A DNA stretch of 12,589 nucleotides from a virus: the UHGV virus genome UHGV-0247912, one strand, 5' to 3'. The notes beneath the pieces are model-generated. The model ran no database searches, was not told the DNA's origin, and saw only the letters and a list, made by a program, of their open reading frames with translations. The stretch's first letter is position 1, and each line of letters begins with the position of its first letter. Shown piece by piece: positions 1 through 7,311 of this stretch. The translations under genes were made by a program, and so were the position numbers.

Positions 1-1158
1 GAGATAGCTGATCGTGATGGCCTGTCAGCCAGGATAAGCCCAAAAGGGAAAATTACTTTCCAGTACCGTTACAGATTCAACGGTAAGCCAGTGCGAATGA
101 AGATCGGTGAATACGGGAAAATGAGTCTGAAAGACGCCCGCTATGCGGTGTCTGAATACAGGGAGTTGCTTACGAAAGGGAAGAATCCGGCACTGTGCGT
201 AAAGCAGGCCATAGCCTTTGAGCAGGGCAAGCGATCTATATCCGACGTAGTGGAAGACTATCTATCCCTGCCGAACGTCATTAAGCTGGTGGCATATAAA
301 GAAGTCAAAAGCGCATTGATGCGCCACGTAGTCAACAAGTACGGCGACTACATAGCTGACGACGTAACGACAAAACAGTGGATGGATATATTTGGCGAGA
401 TCACTGCGGCGGGTCACGCGGTTACGGCTGGTTTGATATTGAAGCGAATGAAAATCATCGTTAACAGCGCAATCAGGCGTGGGCTAATGACTAACACGGC
501 GATAAACAATATCCGTGTAGCTGACGTTGGCGAGCATTATGCGGTGGTGGAGCGTTACCTTTCATGTGAGGAGATAGGCCACTTCTGGCGCACGGTAGAC
601 AGTTCGCAGATCTATCCGCAGAACAAAATAGCCTTAAAGCTATTATTGCTAACCGGGTGCAGGGTTGGTGAATTGCAGAAAATGAGAAGGGAACACCTAG
701 ATCTGGACAACGGTGTATGGACCGTTCCGGCGGCGGTGGCGAAGACAAGAAGTGAAATCAGGCGGGGATTATCTGACTTGTCGATAAAAATGCTCAGGGA
801 GGTTTTAACCTCCCATGAGTATGATTATGTATTCCCGCCAGTGATTAACGGCGGCAACAGGCCAGTAAACGTATCAGTGATAAAAGTAGCTGCAATATTC
901 GTGCGTAAAAGGATGGGCGGTAAATCATGGTCCTGTCACGACCTCCGCAGGACGTGCCGGACACACCTTTCAGCTATAGGTGTTCCGGTACATATTGCAG
1001 AAAAGATCTTAGGCCATTCATTAAGGGGAATACTGGCGGTGTACGACAAATATGATTATCTTGATGAACAAAAGGAGGCACTAAATAAGTTTGCTGATTA
1101 TGTGTTATCTTTGGCTGACGTTAAACCAATCCGATCAAAGAACTGCATTACGTCCTGA
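1..1158 (+). CDS. int: tyrosine recombinase / phage integrase (P4-type); N-terminus lies upstream of the window
   Basis: Frame 1 is open from base 1 (EIADRDGLSARISPKGKITFQYRYRFNGKPVRMKIGEY...), typical integrase N-terminal domain. C-terminal catalytic region has HDLRRT, LGHS and a Tyr near the end (AVYDKYDYL), i.e. the R-H-R-Y pattern. Stop TGA at 1156-1158. Confidence 0.9.
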   Translation, partial: EIADRDGLSARISPKGKITFQYRYRFNGKPVRMKIGEYGKMSLKDARYAVSEYRELLTKGKNPALCVKQAIAFEQGKRSISDVVEDYLSLPNVIKLVAYKEVKSALMRHVVNKYGDYIADDVTTKQWMDIFGEITAAGHAVTAGLILKRMKIIVNSAIRRGLMTNTAINNIRVADVGEHYAVVERYLSCEEIGHFWRTVDSSQIYPQNKIALKLLLLTGCRVGELQKMRREHLDLDNGVWTVPAAVAKTRSEIRRGLSDLSIKMLREVLTSHEYDYVFPPVINGGNRPVNVSVIKVAAIFVRKRMGGKSWSCHDLRRTCRTHLSAIGVPVHIAEKILGHSLRGILAVYDKYDYLDEQKEALNKFADYVLSLADVKPIRSKNCITS

Positions 1159-1328
1159 TAGCGGTACATAACGCCACGCCCGGTCCCAAGTACGTCAACC
1201 GGGTCGGGGAACGGAGTTCCGTTCCGTTCCCATTTTTTACGCCATAAGTAAAACGTTCCCCTGCTAATTCCCCCAAGCATCCGGCAGATGGCAGGGCGAC
1301 TAAGAAGGATTGCCCCGGTTTTATCCAT
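1098..1328 (-). CDS. xis: excisionase / AlpA-family small DNA-binding protein (putative Xis)
   Basis: 76 aa; HTH then FPDPVDVLGTGRGVMYRY, resembling the lambda Xis/AlpA pattern (FPPPVKDGREYLF). RBS GGGGGA about 6 nt before the ATG. Start overlaps the upstream stop (TAATG); 3' end overlaps the convergent int by 61 bp. Confidence 0.65.
   Translation of the reverse strand: MDKTGAILLSRPAICRMLGGISRGTFYLWRKKWERNGTPFPDPVDVLGTGRGVMYRYQDVMQFFDRIGLTSAKDNT
1207..1239 (+). terminator. candidate rho-independent terminator downstream of int, embedded in the convergent xis coding sequence
   Basis: GGGAACGG (1207-1214) pairs with CCGTTCCC (1224-1231), 8-bp stem and 9-nt loop, followed directly by A-TTTTTT (1232-1238), about 50 nt after the int stop. 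Confidence 0.4.
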
Positions 1329-1990
1329 TATTTATCCCCCGTGTATTCAACGTGTCCGATACATCCATCAATAATAGCTTGCGCCATATTGCGATAATCG
1401 CACGAAAAATCATTGTCGTGGTTAAAGTCAATCTCTTTTGCCGCGTCTTCACCCATAACATTGACAGCAAGTGCAAGCGCGATTTCAGCAAGTGCCTTTT
1501 CTTTCGGATCTATATGCAGCTTGAAAGAGCATGTTGTCCATGATAGCGGCCTCTCGCCACAAAAATCTTCCTTGCTTTCACATATAGCCCATTTATCACC
1601 AACATATTTAAACCTGACGACATCAAGAATAGTTCCACTTGTCAAACCTACGCAATCAAGCCACACATTAACAGGAGGCTTATCACCTACGACCCATTCC
1701 GTTTTTTCTTGTTGTGTTTCGCAGTCACGGCGTTCATCTTCGATTAATCCATCAATAATTTCACTTTCTTTATTCATGCCGTCATCATCCTTGTTAGATA
1801 AATTAGCGTATTTATCAAATTTCCAGCTTGCCGCCATAACTGAATAAGTGCCGCGAGTATCAGCGCGGACGCCAACTAAATAGCATGATCCAAAATTGTA
1901 TTCCGTGCGGCATGTTGTTACCTCAAACGATGGGTAAACATCAGGGTTAGTGCGATGACGAATTATGCCAATTACTCTTGATTCACTCAT
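1328..1990 (-). CDS. hypothetical Cys/His-rich protein (220 aa), low-GC cargo gene
   Basis: ORF 1328..2005 in the track; ATG at 1990 is preferred because it is preceded by GAGGA (the track start at 2005 is TTG). Local GC about 32-43% against about 50% in flanking phage genes. No recognisable family. Stop overlaps the xis start. Confidence 0.6.
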   Translation of the reverse strand: MSESRVIGIIRHRTNPDVYPSFEVTTCRTEYNFGSCYLVGVRADTRGTYSVMAASWKFDKYANLSNKDDDGMNKESEIIDGLIEDERRDCETQQEKTEWVVGDKPPVNVWLDCVGLTSGTILDVVRFKYVGDKWAICESKEDFCGERPLSWTTCSFKLHIDPKEKALAEIALALAVNVMGEDAAKEIDFNHDNDFSCDYRNMAQAIIDGCIGHVEYTGDK

Positions 1991-2005
1991 TTTGTTTATC
2001 CTCAA

Positions 2006-2182
2006 TTACGCCACTGTTACATTGTCAACCTTAATAAAATATTCAGGATGATTTTCTATTTCGTGCTTAAAGTGCGCGTGACACAATCGCCACTCACGCG
2101 CCTGGTTGTGAAAGTAATAAACGTATTCGCCATCAACCTTATACAAAATGCCTGTAGGTTTAGCCATGTAATAACTAGCCAT
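2006..2182 (-). CDS. small hypothetical protein (59 aa), nin-region ORF
   Basis: Found by manual translation (below the ORF-track size cutoff): MASYYMAKPTGILYKVDGEYVYYFHNQAREWRLCHAHFKHEIENHPEYFIKVDNVTVA. ATG overlaps the NinB stop (TAATG), suggesting translational coupling. No family recognised. Confidence 0.35.
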   Translation of the reverse strand: MASYYMAKPTGILYKVDGEYVYYFHNQAREWRLCHAHFKHEIENHPEYFIKVDNVTVA

Positions 2183-2613
2183 TATTGCCCCCAGCGTTTT
2201 ATAAATTCCTCGTTTAATTTCGTATCACCTGACCATTGAACATTATGTTCAGCACCGAACGAGTAGATCAGTTCGATTAATTCGCTAAATTCCGCTTTAC
2301 TCATCCGGCTGGTTGATGTTCCCAGCACAACAAAGCCTGATTTGTCCAGGTTAGGGACAACGCCATATTTCTTAAGCCCGGCAGTGAATACCGCCTTCCA
2401 GTCTTCCGGCGACAGCCTCTTACCGTACCAATTAACCTGATCACTAATGTCGGTTAGCAACGCCCATAGAAGGCTATTTTGGCTTAGCGAGCGGGTTTTC
2501 TCCTGGATGGTGATTATCAGCGGGCTTTTGCTATCAGGCTGTATTTCCCTTATCTGCCTGATAGCATTTTCTTTCACGGCGTCGTTGACTATCTCAAATC
2601 TAATTTGCCTCAT
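2182..2613 (-). CDS. ninB: NinB-family recombination protein (lambda Orf/NinB-like)
   Basis: 143 aa; MRQIRFEIVNDAVKENAIRQIREIQPDSKSPLIITIQEKTRSLSQNSLLWALLTDIS follows the pattern of lambda NinB (MKKLTFEIRSP...VVTIQERNRSLDQNRKLWA...). Start overlaps upstream stop (ATGA). Confidence 0.85.
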   Translation of the reverse strand: MRQIRFEIVNDAVKENAIRQIREIQPDSKSPLIITIQEKTRSLSQNSLLWALLTDISDQVNWYGKRLSPEDWKAVFTAGLKKYGVVPNLDKSGFVVLGTSTSRMSKAEFSELIELIYSFGAEHNVQWSGDTKLNEEFIKRWGQ

Positions 2614-2807
2614 AATACACCGTTGCTATTTTTCCATTGCGCCCGCGCATACATAATCGCCTGCAAAGAAATTAGCCGCGAGCTTGTCATGTATTTTTCC
2701 TTTAATCTTTTCATATCAACCGTAACAGGCTTATCAGGATCATCGCCGCGCATGTATTCCGCGATAGTGCTTAAGTCTTCCACTGTTAAATCCAAATCCT
2801 TGTTCAT
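2610..2807 (-). CDS. small hypothetical protein (65 aa), acidic N-terminus
   Basis: ATG at 2807 preceded by AGGGGGA; stop overlaps the ninB start; continuous with neighbouring minus-strand genes. Confidence 0.5.
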   Translation of the reverse strand: MNKDLDLTVEDLSTIAEYMRGDDPDKPVTVDMKRLKEKYMTSSRLISLQAIMYARAQWKNSNGVL

Positions 2808-2816
2808 AATTCCCCC

Positions 2817-3023
2817 TTACACAATCCGCATTGTGTTTCTTAATTCCCCACGCAGCGCCCGTAATGCATCGCGCATTGGCACGAAAACACTGTTGAATTT
2901 TACGTGTTTATATTTCCGCATCAGTGGCGGTGTATAAACCATCGCGCCGCAAGAATTGCATGGAAAACGGAAATGTGATTCATCAATGAATGTTTCAACT
3001 GAATAAAAGATTACCCGTCTCAT
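2817..3023 (-). CDS. small hypothetical protein (68 aa) with a CxxC motif
   Basis: ATG at 3023 overlaps the stop of the upstream gene (ATGA); contains FPCNSCG. Confidence 0.45.
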   Translation of the reverse strand: MRRVIFYSVETFIDESHFRFPCNSCGAMVYTPPLMRKYKHVKFNSVFVPMRDALRALRGELRNTMRIV

Positions 3024-3547
3024 AACTCTAACCCAGTTTCGCTGTTAAGTTTTTCGATTTCAAATACTGGTTTATCCGGCAGCAGGCCGTTATTTTTCCG
3101 GTATTCGTTCAGGCGGCTGTTAAATTCAAATACGATAGGACTCGAACAACCATAGAAGCGAGCTGATCTAAAAAAGTATTTCCCATCAAATTTATTAATT
3201 GTTAATAAATTTTCACTGCCTAACATCTTTAAAACCCGACAAATTTTCCTCTGTTTTATTTCGAGTTTTAATTCTTTTTTAACATCCTCAGCAGAAAAAT
3301 AATCGCTACTATTTAGAAATAAAGGCATGATTTTTTTTATTGCCATTTCGCGCACTGACTTCAAGCAATATGATAATCGCGGCCCTCCCATTTCCACAGG
3401 AATAATAGCGCCGTCAGAAACCATATCACGCAAACTATTAACGATCTCGATTTCAGGACCTGGAATAGATTTAATAATTGTTGCTTCACCAGCAACAGTG
3501 GCATCCTGTAAAAATTTCGCTATTTGTGTTTTATAAATGGTTTTCAT
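3020..3547 (-). CDS. hypothetical protein (175 aa), strongly low-GC cargo gene (moron candidate)
   Basis: ORF 3020..3583 in the track; ATG at 3547 preferred (GAGG about 9 nt upstream; the 3583 start is GTG inside the terminator hairpin). GC counted at about 30% over 3121-3360 against about 52% in the adjacent helicase gene. Possible winged-helix-like segment near the C-terminus. No family recognised. Confidence 0.6.
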   Translation of the reverse strand: MKTIYKTQIAKFLQDATVAGEATIIKSIPGPEIEIVNSLRDMVSDGAIIPVEMGGPRLSYCLKSVREMAIKKIMPLFLNSSDYFSAEDVKKELKLEIKQRKICRVLKMLGSENLLTINKFDGKYFFRSARFYGCSSPIVFEFNSRLNEYRKNNGLLPDKPVFEIEKLNSETGLEL

Positions 3548-3565
3548 TGTTTCTAGCCTCGTTTT

Positions 3566-3606
3566 AAGCACAAAAACATCCACCAGAAAGCGGTCAACTT
3601 TCCGGT
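3566..3606 (-). terminator. candidate rho-independent terminator after the helicase gene (tR2-like position)
   Basis: On the minus strand CCGGAAAG-uugaccg-CUUUCUGG (8-bp stem including one G-U) followed by UGGAUGUUUUUGUG; it sits between the DnaB-family gene stop (3627) and the low-GC gene start (3547). Confidence 0.4.
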
Positions 3607-3626
3607 AAGCCGTTTGCTCAAGTTAA

Positions 3627-5042
3627 TTAAAAAGATGCGTTATTCTGATTGTTTCGTTGGTTAAATCGGCTTGTGCGATGATTCATGGACTGAATACATG
3701 CAGACGCTGCGCGGGCCTGGTCACAAGGGAGGATATTGCCGTTGTCATCAAACCGCTGGTAAACAGTGCCAGTTTTCCCGTGACGGTTTTTAGATACAAT
3801 TATTTCCATATATTCGCGTGCTACAGACTGTTCATCGTAGTAACCATCGCGGTACACCATGATGATCCTGTCTGCATCTTGCTCAAGGTTCCCTGAATCA
3901 CGAAGATCAGAATTGTTAGGACGCTTGTTCGGGCGCTCCTCAACGCGGCGGGACAACTGCGCCAGCGCCAACACTGGTACGCGCAATTCTTTCGCCATCA
4001 TCTTCAACGACCACGACAATTGCCCTACAGCGAGATCGTGACGTTCGGCCTTAGCCAGCTTCATCAACCCTATGTAGTCAATCATTACCATACCCATGCT
4101 GGGGTGTTCCTGTTTCATCCGTTCTACGGTGGCGCGCATTTCCTCAACCGTTAACTGCGAAGCGTCAACGATCCACACATCAAGGTTAGCAAGTGCGCTC
4201 ATTCCCTGGCCGACATGCGCCCAACCATCATCATCAAGTTTTACCGGATTGCGCAGGCAGTCAGTTGATAAATTACCAGCGCCAGCGATGGCACGTTCGG
4301 TCATCTGATCGAGTGACATCTCAAGCGTGAAGAACAAAACGCCAACACGCTGATCCTTGCTGCCAGGGTAAGGGCATTCAGCAGCAGCGCGGGCAATTGC
4401 CAGCGCCAACGCAGATTTACCAGACCCAGGACGTCCGGCGAGAAGCACCAAATCAGTAGCGTTAATGCCGCCTAACATTTCGTCGAGTGGTTCTATCCCC
4501 GTTTTGATGTTGTCAGAATTGACACCGCATTCCATGCGTTTGCTTAACACCTCCGTGTATTCCTGTACCGCATCGCGCAACAACACCGGAATGATCTTGT
4601 CTTTCGTTACCTTTAATTTTGAATACCGGGAATCAAAATCCTTCATCGTTTCTTTGACTACTTCAAGCGTCCCCGTTTCCAGTTTGTAGCGCATATCGTC
4701 GATGAGTTCCAACATCTGCCGCCGCTGGTGCTCTTCACGTAGTAGCTGTGCGTATCCCTTCAGGTTGGCAGCAGAAGGACACGATCGCGCCGTTTGCATC
4801 AGTGGTACAAAGTTTTCATTGCCAATCTCATCGCCAACCAATAACGCGTCTATAAGATTTCTGTTTCTGGCTTGCGCCCGGATAACTTCAAACGCACGTT
4901 TATAAAGCGGGATCGTGAACACTTCAGGATCAAGCGTGGCGAGAACATCTTGCGCGTTAGGAGTAAGGCCACCCAACAACAGCCCGCCGATAACTGACGC
5001 CTCACGTTCCTGCCGTAGTGAGTTTATTTGCTCAGTTACCAT
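3627..5042 (-). CDS. replicative DNA helicase, DnaB family
   Basis: 471 aa; Walker A GRPGSGKS, DnaB-type motifs (FFTLEMS, IIVSKNRHGKTG, RFDDNG); RBS GGAGGAAA 8 nt before the ATG at 5042. C-terminal tail is longer than in E. coli DnaB. Confidence 0.9.
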   Translation of the reverse strand: MVTEQINSLRQEREASVIGGLLLGGLTPNAQDVLATLDPEVFTIPLYKRAFEVIRAQARNRNLIDALLVGDEIGNENFVPLMQTARSCPSAANLKGYAQLLREEHQRRQMLELIDDMRYKLETGTLEVVKETMKDFDSRYSKLKVTKDKIIPVLLRDAVQEYTEVLSKRMECGVNSDNIKTGIEPLDEMLGGINATDLVLLAGRPGSGKSALALAIARAAAECPYPGSKDQRVGVLFFTLEMSLDQMTERAIAGAGNLSTDCLRNPVKLDDDGWAHVGQGMSALANLDVWIVDASQLTVEEMRATVERMKQEHPSMGMVMIDYIGLMKLAKAERHDLAVGQLSWSLKMMAKELRVPVLALAQLSRRVEERPNKRPNNSDLRDSGNLEQDADRIIMVYRDGYYDEQSVAREYMEIIVSKNRHGKTGTVYQRFDDNGNILPCDQARAASACIQSMNHRTSRFNQRNNQNNASF

Positions 5043-5060
5043 TATGTTATTTCCTCCGGT

Positions 5061-6179
5061 TTACAAAATGGAAAATTCAGGGTAATAAACAAAGCGCCCG
5101 ATCTCTCCATGATCCTGGCTGTAAATAATAACCGCCGCCAGGCGACGCGACCGCCAGCCGCCATTAGTCGAATAGGCATCCTTACCCGCTAACGTGCCGT
5201 GATACTCAACAACGCCAAGCGATGACTCGATCAGCCGTTGATGATGCCAGTGCCCGCAGTGGGCGTAAACAGCAGCAGACTTGCCGAAATCCTCGCGCCA
5301 GTCAGCTACGCAAGCAGACAATAAATTTTCTGGCTTTTTGATAGTGTGCCCGTGGTGGTAAGCAAGAAATGTTTTGCCGTACTGTGTGTGGTGGACGATA
5401 GCAGGGGACACATCAACCGTCACGCGCGGTTCATCTTCGTAAAAAGCCGCCAGCGCCGCACGTAGCCAAATCATGCCTGACTGATCGTGATTGCCTGATA
5501 ACACCTGGATTTCAACATCTTTATGATTTAACAACATCTTTCCTACCGCCCGCCGTACAGACCGGATCGCCACATAAACAAGTTTTGCGTAGCGACTATC
5601 CTGATCAAGAATATGCCCGCTTGTTGGCGTAACCGGGACCATACCATCAGAATGAAGCAGGTCACCACCGAGAAGTAAGACGGCTTTTTCAGACATCGGA
5701 GCAGCGCCAACGGCATAATCAAAGAAGTTATTTAGCACGCGTTCAGCGATCCCAGTGTCGTAGCTCTCGCCGCATTCAGCTTTATGGGCAAGCGCCCCGA
5801 TATGCAGATCAAACACAGGATAAAGGGCCAGGCTTTTTTGAAAATCAATTTCAGGCACTGGCACAGCCTCCGCGCGTGGTATTTCATCAGTGAAAGCGTC
5901 GCGGGCCGCTTCCATTAGCTGTTCCATTTCTTCGCGGTCACGGGCTGTTTTAATCCAGCGCATGATAACATTGCCGTTCTTATCCACTAGCAACGACTCA
6001 CCATTGACGCCAAAACCAGGCGCGCGGCGTGTTGATAATAAACCCCGTTTCGCCAGTTTTGCGCCCAGGCGTTCGACATTGCGTTTAGACATGCCGTACT
6101 TTTCAGCGATCTGTTTGTACGTTAATCCGTTGTTATATTCAGCGATCAATTGCTCATCACTGATTTTTCTTTGCGACAT
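5061..6179 (-). CDS. HTH domain + calcineurin-like metallophosphoesterase domain protein (372 aa)
   Basis: ATG at 6179 with GGAGGG RBS (the track start at 6203 is an alternative start codon). N-terminal HTH (LTYKQIAEKYGMSKRNVERLGAKLAKRGLL); phosphoesterase-type motifs FDLH, GGDLLHSDG, GNHD, HHGH, GHWHH. Confidence 0.7.
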   Translation of the reverse strand: MSQRKISDEQLIAEYNNGLTYKQIAEKYGMSKRNVERLGAKLAKRGLLSTRRAPGFGVNGESLLVDKNGNVIMRWIKTARDREEMEQLMEAARDAFTDEIPRAEAVPVPEIDFQKSLALYPVFDLHIGALAHKAECGESYDTGIAERVLNNFFDYAVGAAPMSEKAVLLLGGDLLHSDGMVPVTPTSGHILDQDSRYAKLVYVAIRSVRRAVGKMLLNHKDVEIQVLSGNHDQSGMIWLRAALAAFYEDEPRVTVDVSPAIVHHTQYGKTFLAYHHGHTIKKPENLLSACVADWREDFGKSAAVYAHCGHWHHQRLIESSLGVVEYHGTLAGKDAYSTNGGWRSRRLAAVIIYSQDHGEIGRFVYYPEFSIL

Positions 6180-6212
6180 AATGTTAATCCCTCCAGTTAA
6201 CAAAATGTATAC

Positions 6213-6944
6213 CTACTTACACGCAAAAAGTTCAGACACCCAAAGTTGACCCTTAGCAGTAAATAGTGATTGGACGTAACCTCCAGCCGAACATTTTACC
6301 ACTCCATAGCCTTTGTCTACGAACCACTGCTTGAACATACGCCCGCCGCGCTTAATTCTCGTATCGTACACGTCAACCTGTTCAAGTTTTTTGTTGAGTT
6401 GCGTAGCAGTCATACCCAAAGGCTTGGCAACCTGTGTAGCGTTGCGATGCTGTTCGTTTCTTACAATCGCATCACAGACAGCCGCTTTCGGTGCTAATTC
6501 CTTATTTTCCAGCGCCAGACGATCAATTTCTTTCTGTGCTAATAGTTTTTGTTCAACCTCATCAGCCCATGCGCGAGCCGCCGCCACCGGATCAGTGAAA
6601 TCCGGCAAAGCTGGCTGCCGTACCTGTTTTTCGAGTTCCTGCCAGCGATCGACAAGTCGCGCCGTAAATTCAGGGCAGTTTTGAGCAACGACAATTATAC
6701 TATCTCGCTTGCCCTGCTCGCCTTCAAAAACGTAGGCCTTATCTTTTACCTTGAATCCTAAGTTATTGATTCTTTCGAGAAACTGCAATGCAGGACGCCG
6801 GATTACACCTTTATCAGCAAGGCGTTCTATAGAAACAAGCATGTTATCGTGACGGAACTTATTAACTCCGTTCCACTTATTTAGAAAATCAACGATCTCA
6901 ATACTGTTCATCTTAACAGCATCAAACACCATTAATTCAGACAT
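6213..6944 (-). CDS. rha: Rha-family phage regulatory protein / antirepressor-like (Rha N-terminal domain + ANT/KilAC-like C-terminal domain)
   Basis: ATG at 6944 with GGAG RBS. N-terminus has SIEIVDFLNKWNGVNKFRHDNMLVSIERL (the RHDN signature of Rha); C-terminus has ATQVAKPLGMTATQLNKKLEQVDVYDTRIKRGGRMFKQWFVDKGYG. Confidence 0.7.
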   Translation of the reverse strand: MSELMVFDAVKMNSIEIVDFLNKWNGVNKFRHDNMLVSIERLADKGVIRRPALQFLERINNLGFKVKDKAYVFEGEQGKRDSIIVVAQNCPEFTARLVDRWQELEKQVRQPALPDFTDPVAAARAWADEVEQKLLAQKEIDRLALENKELAPKAAVCDAIVRNEQHRNATQVAKPLGMTATQLNKKLEQVDVYDTRIKRGGRMFKQWFVDKGYGVVKCSAGGYVQSLFTAKGQLWVSELFACK

Positions 6945-7076
6945 TGTAATTTCTCCGTAAAACGCGCTACAACGCAAAAATCCCACCGCGTAACCCGTTT
7001 GCACAGGTTGCAGTGTCTTATTGCGTTATAGACGCTCTCAGGTGGCTAATTTTTGATTTACAGGATGGTATGAAGG

Positions 7077-7178
7077 TTATAGATTGACCAGAAGGAACAA
7101 ACCGCCGAACAAAGCGACGTTAACGGCGATTGCAGCAGCGATGGCAAAAGCCAGGGCAAAAACGTGTTTACCGTCCAT
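7077..7178 (-). CDS. small hydrophobic single-helix peptide (33 aa)
   Basis: MDGKHVFALAFAIAAAIAVNVALFGGLFLLVNL; strong RBS GAGAGGA about 8 nt before the ATG at 7178; hand-translated codon by codon. It is the C-terminal part of track ORF 7077..7439. Confidence 0.45.
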   Translation of the reverse strand: MDGKHVFALAFAIAAAIAVNVALFGGLFLLVNL

Positions 7179-7311
7179 TTTGAAATCCTCTCTAAAACGC
7201 TCTCTAACGAGATAAATAGCTAAAGGTATGCAAGTGTAGCACTCAATGCTTTTTAGCTCGCTGGCGAGCTTGTTTTGCGGGTAATTTTGTGTTTTTGCGG
7301 ATCGTGTTTGG

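Noticed and set aside
491-748. 85-aa minus-strand ORF inside the integrase gene
   Set aside because: Entirely antisense to a well-supported integrase; Pro/Ser/Arg-rich low-complexity translation typical of antisense reading; no RBS.
1310-1847. Plus-strand ORFs 1310..1543 and 1413..1847
   Set aside because: Antisense to the 220-aa minus-strand gene, which has an RBS and coupling to xis; Ser-rich low-complexity translations.
2048-2239. 63-aa plus-strand ORF
   Set aside because: The opposite strand carries a 59-aa ORF whose start overlaps the NinB stop (TAATG), which fits the operon better; the plus ORF has no RBS or context.
3657-4905. Several 60-79-aa plus-strand ORFs inside the helicase region
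   Set aside because: All antisense to the DnaB-family gene with its Walker A and DnaB motifs; no independent support.
5890-6761. Plus-strand ORFs 5890..6249, 6270..6497, 6313..6684 and 6549..6761
   Set aside because: Antisense to the HTH-phosphoesterase and Rha genes; compositionally biased translations.
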